Source: Patescibacteria group bacterium
Lineage (GTDB): Bacteria > Patescibacteriota > Minisyncoccia > Phycocordibacterales > JACOZG01
Direction of reading: 5' to 3'
Assembly (NCBI GenBank): GCA_034658935.1
Contig: JAYEGE010000002.1
Location: 1-51,162 of the forward strand
DNA length: 51,162 bases
The notes beneath the pieces were generated by a model. The model searched no databases. It had not been told where the DNA came from and saw only the letters and a program-made list of their open reading frames with translations. A program made the translations under genes and the position numbers. Every line of letters starts with the position of its first letter. The first letter of the stretch is position 1. Of this stretch, positions 1 to 6,922 are shown piece by piece.

Positions 1-103
1 TATATTGTGATTTCCACTACCATCCACACCCCCCCCCCCCGGGGGGGGGGGGGGCCGCGGCCCCCCCCCCCACCACAGCCACTCGCAGTGGAAGGAGTAA
101 GTC

Positions 104-211
104 ATGTGGTTCTATGTGTTACTTGGACTAGGTTGCCTTGTCGCAATTGTGGCGACCGTCGTCGTAGTTATGGTCAAGTTCCGCTATGCACTCACGGTTC
201 CGCCGTATTAA
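104..211 (+). CDS. 35-aa single-TM small protein (MWFYVLLGLGCLVAIVATVVVVMVKFRYALTVPPY); not in the ORF track
   Basis: SD GAAGGAG at 91-97, ATG 104, TAA 209-211, long hydrophobic run, terminator hairpin directly after. Confidence 0.6.
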   Translation: MWFYVLLGLGCLVAIVATVVVVMVKFRYALTVPPY

Positions 212-235
212 GCCCCGATATCCATCGGGGCTTTT
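210..235 (+). terminator. Intrinsic terminator
   Basis: aagccccgat-atcc-atcggggctt followed by T residues. Confidence 0.7.
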
Positions 236-319
236 CCATTGACCAACTACCCATAACCTGCTAGTCTGTGGCCAGTATTCGTTGGCAAGCTTGGTGCTTT
301 TACTGAAAGGAGGTCTTTT

Positions 320-524
320 ATGTGAAGATCAGGGCCGTGGAGTATCTGTCTGTGGGCCGCCGTCATAATCGGGACCATATCCGGGATTCTGGGTTGTATC
401 TTCAAGTCGCCCTTGGCAGACGGCAATGAAGATTATGATGGTGGCGGCCAGCGTAATGTTCATCATCGCCATCGTATTCCTGATACATGTGGCCGGGACA
501 GACCCGAGTTTCCTGCTAAAATAA
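320..524 (+). pseudogene. Probable broken two-TM small membrane protein (stop at codon 2 plus a 1-nt frameshift near 425)
   Basis: SD AAAGGAGG then ATG TGA; that frame continues RSGPWSICLWAAVIIGTISGILGCIFKSPLADG; a second helix MKIMMVAASVMFIIAIVFLIHVAGTDPSFLLK* lies at 426-524 in the next frame. Confidence 0.4.
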
Positions 525-548
525 CGGAAGCAGAAAGGAGGACCGCTC

Positions 549-842
549 ATGTGGGGCATGGCAATATCGAAACTACTAATGACGGCTGGTATGGGTGCCA
601 CCGCCATAGTGTTGGTTGTTATCTTTTTCGGGAGGCTCACTCGAGCAACCGACAAGATACTTGTGGTGTTCACAGTAATCGCCGTATTACTGATTATCGC
701 CGGCATGGTAGCAACAATCTTCGAGAAAGAGCCGGACCAATCGGCAAATCAACCGATTGGCCCCATGATCAAGATGTCCGCTCAGGAGAAAGGCCAAAGC
801 CCCCCAACTATTGGGGGGCTTTTTGTCCGAGCGGTTGGATGA
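549..842 (+). CDS. Small two-TM membrane protein; 3' end runs through a terminator hairpin
   Basis: SD AAAGGAGG, ATG 549, two hydrophobic helices. Confidence 0.55.
   Translation: MWGMAISKLLMTAGMGATAIVLVVIFFGRLTRATDKILVVFTVIAVLLIIAGMVATIFEKEPDQSANQPIGPMIKMSAQEKGQSPPTIGGLFVRAVG
796..824. terminator. Bidirectional terminator (small ORF / aspS)
   Basis: aaagccccccaa-cta-ttggggggcttt. Confidence 0.7.
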
Positions 843-857
843 GTTGGTGTCCAGGTT

Positions 858-2249
858 CTACTTGCTTAACTTAATCCCCAGCTCTTTCATTTGCTTAGGG
901 TCGAGCTCAGACGGAGCGCCCATCATTAGGTCGCGACCCTCACCGGTCTTGGGGAAAGGAATAACCTCGCGGATATTAGGTTCACCAGCCAGGATCATCA
1001 TGATCCTATCTATGCCAGGAGCAAAGCCGCCGTGGGGCGGAGCACCATACTTGAAGGCCTCTAGCATATGGCCAAAGCGCTCCTGCTGTTTCTCTTCGCT
1101 AATTTTAAGAATTTTGAAAACTTGTTTCTGGATTTCCGATTCGTGGATCCTAATGCTTCCCGAGCTCAGCTCGTAACCATTTAGGATAATGTCGTAAGAA
1201 TTAGCCCGGATACTCAGTAAGTCCTCCCCCTTCATAAACTTCTCCTTATCTTCCTCTTTGATAGCGCAGAAGGGGTGGTGGGCCGTAGTCAGATTCTTTT
1301 CTCCATCTTCCTCAAACATTGGGAAATCGAGAACCCAAGCAAAGGCCAACTCATTGGGATCATTCTTGTCCTTACGCAAGTCTGGCTTGTCGCTATTGTA
1401 TTTCTCCATCGACTCTTGGTAAGTAAGTCGCGGGAAGGGCGTCTGGCTGATCTTCTTCTCTGGGAAAAGCTTCGCCACTAATTCAATAAACATCGCCTCA
1501 GTGAATTGAAGAATATCTTCCTGAGTGACGAAGGACATCTCATAATCGAGCTGGGTAAATTCTGGCTGCCTATCCCCCCTCGTATCCTCATCGCGGAAAC
1601 AACGAGCGATCTGAAAATACTTTTCAAAGCCCGCCACCATGGAGAGTTGTTTAAATTGCTGCGGGGCCTGAGGCAAGACGTAAAACTTGCCGTTTTCTAT
1701 TCGAGAAGGGACCACGTATTCTCTAGAGCCCTCGGGCGTCCCCTTCATTAAGATAGGCGTCTCTATTTCCACAAAATCATTCTTGTGCATATACTCGCGG
1801 AAGAAGGTAATCACCTTGTCGCGCAGGCGCATATTGCGCTGGAGACGTTCACGACGCAAGTCAAGATAACGATATTTGAGGCGAATCTCCTCGTTTATTT
1901 CCTTACCATCACCGGAGATGTCAAAAGGTAACGTCAACGCCTCATTGATTACCTTCAACTCAAGAATTTCCACTTCCAGATTGCCATTAACAGCACCCTC
2001 CTTCACATTCTTGGCCGGTCGCTCGTTGACCTTGCCGTGTACTTCAATCACCCACTCAGGGCGGACTTGGTCGGCCACCTTGATCGCCTTTTCGTGGCTA
2101 GGTAGAGCCACCATTTGGACCTTGCCGGTAACATCACGCATATCGATGAAGATGAGCTTGCCTTGGTCACGCCGCACATCAACCCAACCCTGGAGCTTAA
2201 CTTCTTTACCAATCTCATCTTGGAGATTTTTGATATGTGTTCTTTTCAT
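858..2249 (-). CDS. aspS: Aspartate--tRNA ligase, compact form lacking most of the GAD insert
   Basis: OB-fold GWVDVRRDQGKLIF, TPEGSREY, YFQIARCFRDED, QPEFTQLD, YGAPPHGGFAPGIDR. Confidence 0.96.
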   Translation of the reverse strand: MKRTHIKNLQDEIGKEVKLQGWVDVRRDQGKLIFIDMRDVTGKVQMVALPSHEKAIKVADQVRPEWVIEVHGKVNERPAKNVKEGAVNGNLEVEILELKVINEALTLPFDISGDGKEINEEIRLKYRYLDLRRERLQRNMRLRDKVITFFREYMHKNDFVEIETPILMKGTPEGSREYVVPSRIENGKFYVLPQAPQQFKQLSMVAGFEKYFQIARCFRDEDTRGDRQPEFTQLDYEMSFVTQEDILQFTEAMFIELVAKLFPEKKISQTPFPRLTYQESMEKYNSDKPDLRKDKNDPNELAFAWVLDFPMFEEDGEKNLTTAHHPFCAIKEEDKEKFMKGEDLLSIRANSYDIILNGYELSSGSIRIHESEIQKQVFKILKISEEKQQERFGHMLEAFKYGAPPHGGFAPGIDRIMMILAGEPNIREVIPFPKTGEGRDLMMGAPSELDPKQMKELGIKLSK

Positions 2250-2293
2250 GTTTTTGATATTAATTATCTCAGTTATACCACGATTTTAGACGT

Positions 2294-2325
2294 AAAAAAA
2301 CCCTCCGATGGCCATCGGGGGGTTT
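2294..2325 (-). terminator. Intrinsic terminator of the beta-barrel-like gene
   Basis: Minus strand: aaaccccccgatgg/ccatcggagggttt then a T run. Confidence 0.7.
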
Positions 2326-2939
2326 AGGGTCCGAGCTTAATTTCCAGCGCGATCCCGGCATACCAACCATCAAGGTCGGCCCGGATATCGTGGGGGGGCG
2401 ATATTGGTGAAGTTACGACATGCCCCCCAGGTTAACCACCAACGTCCACTTTTACCCAGAGGCACTTCGCCAACAAGGCCGACATTCAGTCCGCTCCCAT
2501 AGAGCCTGTCATCGATCCTTAATTGAAAAGGCCCCCAACCACCTCTGATGTCATAGTCAGCCCAGAAGATCTCGCCTCCTACTTGCAGGCCCAATAGACG
2601 AGTGCCGAAGAGATACCAATCCAACCCCCAACCAACGCCAGCGAAATAGCCTTCTGCCCTCGCCCTAAGGACGGAACGTTGGGCATGGAGACCTCCTTGG
2701 CAGACTTGGGCCTGGACATAGACATCGAGCCACTCACTCAAGTGCTTTTTGATCCGCACTATGATGGTTGGTAAAACGATATCAATATCCAAGACGCTGA
2801 AGTTTGCTTTGGCCTCCCTAGCACCTACTCCCACAGAAATCCGATCCGGCTCAAAATTCTTCAATGCTCCCCCACAACCATTAGTGGAGGTGAAGAGCGC
2901 CAGGGCCACGAGCCCTGCCATAATTCTCATGATCATCAA
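2324..2939 (-). pseudogene. Secreted beta-barrel (OMP-like) protein with a 1-nt frameshift in a C7 run (2392-2398)
   Basis: SD AAAGGAGG, signal-like N-terminus, amphipathic Gly/aromatic strands; removing one C extends the frame to ...HDIRADLDGWYAGIALEIKLGP* ending at 2324, just before the terminator. Confidence 0.55.
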
Positions 2940-2991
2940 ACGCCTCCTTTTTCTACTTTCTTTTTAACACATTTCCTCGTTCTTGTCTACC

Positions 2992-3024
2992 AAAGATGTT
3001 AGACATTCAATGTCTAACATCTTT
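2992..3024. repeat. Palindromic element (ttRgacattcaatgtcYaa family)
   Basis: aaagatgttagacatt-c-aatgtctaacatcttt, 16-bp perfect arms, just downstream of the trpS stop. Confidence 0.85.
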
Positions 3025-3028
3025 TAGA

Positions 3029-3979
3029 TTAGTCGAGACCGACGGCGAGGCGGACTTGCTTCATTTTGAGCATTGCCCTCTCACGAGCTTGGTCGGCGCC
3101 ATTTTTGAGGATTTGCTCCACCTGATCAATATCTGAAGCAATCTCTTCACGCCGCTCGCGGAGCACGGCAATGAAAGCGATCATGTCCTCAAGCAGAGCT
3201 TCTTTCAAGTCCTTATACTTGCCAGCCTTTTCTTCATAAAGTGGATCTAACTCGTCTGCTGGCTTAAGGAGCTTGTGGATAGCGTAAACGTTCTCAGGCC
3301 GGCCAGAATCCGAGTCGGTGACAATCCCCATCACCGCCTTCTTTATTTCTTCGTCGCTAGCAAAGAGTGGAATAGTGTTACCGTAGCTCTTACTCATCTT
3401 CTGACCATCGATGCCAGGGACCACCGCCACCTCTTCTAAGATAAGAGCCTCGGGTAAGTTAAACAGCTTGCCGTAACAATGATTGAATTTCTCAGCAATA
3501 TCACGGGCAATCTCAACATGCTGTTGTTGATCCTTCCCCACCGGCACCACGTGGGTGTTATACATCAAGATATCGGTTGCCATCAGCACGGGGTAAGCGA
3601 AGAGAGTCATCGTCGCTTCCTTACCTTTGGCGACAGCGTCCTTATAAGCGTGAGCCCTTTGGAGATAAGGAACAGTGACGAGGGAGTTAAAAATCCAGGC
3701 CAGCTCGGCGTGTTCAGGTACGTCCGCCTGGCGGAAGAGAGTTATCCTCTGTGGATCAAGGCCGATGGCCAGGTGATCAATGGCCGCATCTAGGGTGTTC
3801 TGCCGTAACTCACCAGGAGTCTGCCCAGAACCGAGATCATGATAATTAGCAATCATAACGCTGGTCTGATATTGATTCTGCAGATCCGCGAATTGCTTCA
3901 TGGCACCGAAATAATTGCCGATATGTGGTCGGCCTGTGGGCTTCACGCCCGATAGAAGATTCTTTTTTCCTTTAGACAT
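3029..3979 (-). CDS. trpS: Tryptophan--tRNA ligase
   Basis: LSGVKPTGRPHIGNYFG (HIGH-like), VPVGKDQQQH, KMSKS. Confidence 0.97.
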   Translation of the reverse strand: MSKGKKNLLSGVKPTGRPHIGNYFGAMKQFADLQNQYQTSVMIANYHDLGSGQTPGELRQNTLDAAIDHLAIGLDPQRITLFRQADVPEHAELAWIFNSLVTVPYLQRAHAYKDAVAKGKEATMTLFAYPVLMATDILMYNTHVVPVGKDQQQHVEIARDIAEKFNHCYGKLFNLPEALILEEVAVVPGIDGQKMSKSYGNTIPLFASDEEIKKAVMGIVTDSDSGRPENVYAIHKLLKPADELDPLYEEKAGKYKDLKEALLEDMIAFIAVLRERREEIASDIDQVEQILKNGADQARERAMLKMKQVRLAVGLD

Positions 3980-4032
3980 AATATTAGTGTATTAGTCCCC
4001 ATATTCTACCCTCTTTAACAAAAGGAGTGTAC

Positions 4033-4061
4033 TTGACATAGGCAGATTGGGCTGTTAATCT
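4033..4061 (+). promoter_or_regulatory. Sigma70-type promoter
   Basis: TTGACA-N17-TAATCT with TG extension, 6 nt upstream of ATG 4068. Confidence 0.55.
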
Positions 4062-4067
4062 TCCGAT

Positions 4068-4181
4068 ATGCCTAATCACGGCTATAAGTTAATGAATATT
4101 TGCCTTTTGGCTACCGATTCCCAGGTGGCCGACTTTGCTATTCTATTTAGCCGTGATTTCTCTAAACAAACCCGTGCATAA
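4068..4181 (+). CDS. 37-aa putative leader peptide (MPNHGYKLMNICLLATDSQVADFAILFSRDFSKQTRA)
   Basis: Directly after the promoter and followed by a terminator hairpin at 4214-4243. Confidence 0.4.
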   Translation: MPNHGYKLMNICLLATDSQVADFAILFSRDFSKQTRA

Positions 4182-4213
4182 TTCATAACTCCCCTCCCCC
4201 TCGCACTTAGAGC

Positions 4214-4243
4214 AATCCCGGCTGAATAGAAGCCGGGATTTTT
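4214..4243 (+). terminator. Intrinsic terminator / possible attenuator
   Basis: aatcccggct...agccgggatt followed by ttt. Confidence 0.7.
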
Positions 4244-4285
4244 ATTTAGCGCTAGTACATTATTAGTTAGTTAGAAAGGAAAAGT

Positions 4286-4434
4286 ATGACTGAAACATCG
4301 AATGTGGTTACCATGAGGAAGGACGCCAGCGTGAACAACATTTCGTTGAGGGACGCTACCACGACCACATCAACTTAGCGATCTTCAAGGCTGATTTCGA
4401 GCCAGTCTGGCAGGCTTACTGCTCAGCCAAGTGA
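4286..4434 (+). pseudogene. C-terminal remnant of a RimJ/RimL-type GNAT acetyltransferase
   Basis: Frame 4303-4434 reads CGYHEEGRQREQHFVEGRYHDHINLAIFKADFEPVWQAYCSAK*; the SD-led ATG at 4286 is out of frame. Confidence 0.55.
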
Positions 4435-4438
4435 ACCT

Positions 4439-4471
4439 AAACACCAACCTACCCGGGGGTTGGTGTTTTTT
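4439..4471 (+). terminator. Intrinsic terminator
   Basis: aaacaccaacc...ggttggtgttt plus T run. Confidence 0.7.
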
Positions 4472-4503
4472 CCGAATTTGGACACGCCGTGTCCAAATTC
4501 GGA
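4471..4503. repeat. Palindromic element (aatttggacac family)
   Basis: tccgaatttggacac-gcc-gtgtccaaattcgga, 15-bp perfect arms. Confidence 0.85.
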
Positions 4504-4574
4504 TAGTTATCCCCAAGGGCACCCCCTAGATTTTTTCGCCATTTCAATTATGATGAATATTCCTGACGAAAATA

Positions 4575-4799
4575 ATGATTGGCATTGTCGGAAACTTTCT
4601 TAAAATTATCTTAGTCTGCGCTTATGCGCTGATACTTTTGCCAAACGTAGCACTTGCCTCCTGGCTCTGGCCTAAACGTAAAAATATTGAATGTCGCTAT
4701 AAGCGCTTCGCTTTTTCCACAATTCTCATGCCCGTAGTGGCCATCGCTGCCACCTCTGCTAAATTTGAAGAGCTGTTCAACGGGATGACCAAGTTTTAG
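4575..4799 (+). CDS. Small two-TM hypothetical protein
   Basis: 74 aa, two hydrophobic segments; its stop overlaps the convergent ATP-grasp stop. Confidence 0.45.
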   Translation: MIGIVGNFLKIILVCAYALILLPNVALASWLWPKRKNIECRYKRFAFSTILMPVVAIAATSAKFEELFNGMTKF

Positions 4800-5797
4800 C
4801 CTAACATCTTCTCTAAAATCGAGCGGTAGATCTCCTCAACTCGCTCGCCCTGCTCGGGGCCCAAGCTAGCGTAATTGGCGAGACCAGGCGAAGCATTCAG
4901 TTCTAAAATACTGTAATCCCCTGGCGCCCCATCCAAGCCGCCTGGGCTTATGATATCAATGCCAACGAAGCGCAGATTTATGTCGCGAGCGATCTTGGCA
5001 GCCAACTCTCGCCAAGCTGGATAGAGCTCTCTGGTTAGATCCTTAGCCTCTCCGCCAGTCGAGAGATTAGCATTGGGCAAGAGCTTCACTTGTTCTCCTT
5101 GCACTGGTTTAGATTGCCAAGAGAGTTCTAATTGCTTGAGTTGATTATCTAAACGGAAGTCGTCACTCTCGATGGCCAACTCTCGTTCAGCGGCAACCAG
5201 TTCTGTTTGCCGCCTTTGCCAAAGCTCGCCCAAGGTCGAACGACCATCGCCAATAAGACTGAGCGGGCGACGCTCATAGGCGGCCACCACCTCTCCATCT
5301 AAAACAGTTAGGCGGTAATCGCGGCCCCGGAGTACCTTCTGGACAATAAAGACCCTCTCTCTGTCTTGGAGAGCCTCCACAGCCTGCTTAAACTCTTCCT
5401 CGTCGTGCACCTTGGCCACACCAATCCCCTGCTTCTGACTATTGGGTTTAACAATTAGAGGCCAACCCAAGCTCTGGGCATAAGTTAAAGCCTTGCGCCA
5501 ATCGCGCTCACTACCAATCCGTTGACACCACCAATCGGTGAAGAAAGCCTGCCCGTCAGGTGCTGGGTAGCCGAAGCGCTTTAGGAAACGGGAGGTATAA
5601 TCTTTGTCTTTGGCTAGCTCAGTGGCACCACTAGTATTTAAGTCGAAGGCAGAGCCGCGAAAGAAGCGACGTTGACCATCTGGTAATTCTAAATAACCAA
5701 CGTAGCCATAACGCGGCTCTAGATAAAACTTAACGCCCCGCTCCTTAGCGAGACGACGCAAAATTGAACCGATAGAACTAGGCTTCATAAGGCCCAC
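4796..5797 (-). CDS. Stand-alone ATP-grasp ligase (resembles the cyanophycin synthetase N-terminal / GshAB-type grasp domain)
   Basis: LAKDKDYT, PLIVKPNSQKQGIGV, DYRLTVLDG, NLSTGG, GIDII, LELNASPG. Confidence 0.85.
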   Translation of the reverse strand: MGLMKPSSIGSILRRLAKERGVKFYLEPRYGYVGYLELPDGQRRFFRGSAFDLNTSGATELAKDKDYTSRFLKRFGYPAPDGQAFFTDWWCQRIGSERDWRKALTYAQSLGWPLIVKPNSQKQGIGVAKVHDEEEFKQAVEALQDRERVFIVQKVLRGRDYRLTVLDGEVVAAYERRPLSLIGDGRSTLGELWQRRQTELVAAERELAIESDDFRLDNQLKQLELSWQSKPVQGEQVKLLPNANLSTGGEAKDLTRELYPAWRELAAKIARDINLRFVGIDIISPGGLDGAPGDYSILELNASPGLANYASLGPEQGERVEEIYRSILEKMLG

Positions 5798-5889
5798 TTA
5801 TACCACAAAAGGGCCGACTAAGCCAGTGGCAAACTGGTTTACTTATATATCACCAACCTACATCTCCATTTTTTATGTCGCACGCGAAT

Positions 5890-5916
5890 AAAAAACCCCG
5901 CCGAAACGGGGAAACC
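5890..5916 (-). terminator. Intrinsic terminator
   Basis: Minus strand: ccccgtttcggcgggg then a T run. Confidence 0.65.
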
Positions 5917-5936
5917 ACAAGAAAGTTGGAGCAACA

Positions 5937-6356
5937 TTAACGCACGCGAAAGCTGATCATTTTGTTGAGCAGGCCTCTAACTATGCGGCGGAGGAGAGGC
6001 CAACGGATAATCAACTTAGACAGTGGAGGAGAAGCTCGATAGTAGACCCCCACAAACGCTCGGCCCCAGAAACTAGGAAGCAGTCTCTGGTCTCGAAACT
6101 GACGTAGCCATTTAACTTCCGGGGCCAGTTCTGAGCCGTAGGCGGCAGTGGCAATAAAACAACCGCCCCCCCCTCCGCCCCCACCAGAGATCTCACCTGA
6201 CTTTCGAGCGTCATCCCTGGCTTTATGCCAATTTCTTGACGCCTGACTGGTCGACACTCCCGTGTCTTTGGCCGCATCTTTCAATGTATACTTGCCCACT
6301 TCATCAACCCGCCTTTCTTTATCTGCCGACCTCTTTGTTCGGATTAGACGATCCAA
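5937..6356 (-). CDS. Small protein: HTH-like N-terminus, poly-Gly linker, CFI-box-CTERM domain
   Basis: [19 protein letters not shown], then [31 protein letters not shown]...YYRASPP; start codon (TTG) uncertain. Confidence 0.75.
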   Translation of the reverse strand: MDRLIRTKRSADKERRVDEVGKYTLKDAAKDTGVSTSQASRNWHKARDDARKSGEISGGGGGGGGCFIATAAYGSELAPEVKWLRQFRDQRLLPSFWGRAFVGVYYRASPPLSKLIIRWPLLRRIVRGLLNKMISFRVR

Positions 6357-6377
6357 CCCTTCTAAATTGACTATGTA

Positions 6378-6632
6378 TTACGAAGTTAGTTTGTCAATAT
6401 TTTGTATCATTTTTTTGGGTATGAAGTAGAAAGTGGGACTCTTGCTTGGATGCTTCACATTGTCCTTGATATTTCGAGTAACAGGATTACTAATGATTAT
6501 GTAATCTTCTGTTTCTTTAGCCACGTACCCCACAGTTTCCATTTCATGTAGCGCCTCATCCAGATAGCGATGTTTGTATATAACCGCATCCCTCCAGACT
6601 ATATTTACTCTCTGTCCTTCTTTATTGGTCAT
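6378..6632 (-). CDS. Small beta-rich hypothetical protein (W-x-D-A ... IPK family), paralog 2
   Basis: VNIVWRDA...TVGYVAKETEDYIIIS...FIPKKMI. Confidence 0.7.
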   Translation of the reverse strand: MTNKEGQRVNIVWRDAVIYKHRYLDEALHEMETVGYVAKETEDYIIISNPVTRNIKDNVKHPSKSPTFYFIPKKMIQNIDKLTS

Positions 6633-6891
6633 TTAGATACCCAACTTTTTTAAACTCGATAATTGATTTTCGGGGAATAAGAAAACCATTAACCGGAGAG
6701 ACAGTATTGGTTTTCTCATCATAATCGACATTGGTGGCGATATTAACAAATTCGGCACTTTCAGAAATGATAAAGCCGCTGGTTATACTCGGCAAAGGAA
6801 TTTCTTTAGGCAGCTGTTCGTCAAATGTGTACGAGGCATCATGCCACAAAATCGTACAAATTGGATTTCGCTTCTCCTTCTCCTGCAACAT
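6622..6891 (-). CDS. Small beta-rich hypothetical protein, paralog 1
   Basis: ILWHDA...TSGFIISESAEFVNIA...LIPRKSI; overlaps the next gene by 11 nt. Confidence 0.7.
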   Translation of the reverse strand: MLQEKEKRNPICTILWHDASYTFDEQLPKEIPLPSITSGFIISESAEFVNIATNVDYDEKTNTVSPVNGFLIPRKSIIEFKKVGYLNDQ

Positions 6892-6922
6892 ATGATTTAC
6901 ATTCTAGCAAATTGCAGACCAA

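Noticed and set aside
29-71. Long poly-C / poly-G / poly-C run and the 7-264 ORF
   Set aside because: Looks like a low-quality or collapsed hairpin near the window edge; it cannot be told apart from an assembly artefact, and the ORF is low-complexity noise
320-325. ATG TGA after a strong SD as evidence for TGA recoding (code 25)
   Set aside because: Conserved genes have no internal TGA, and TGA ends genes normally (for example the exonuclease and kinase genes)
329-874. ORFs 329-706 (-) and 413-874 (+)
   Set aside because: Shadow frames of the small membrane ORFs; no SD or family motifs
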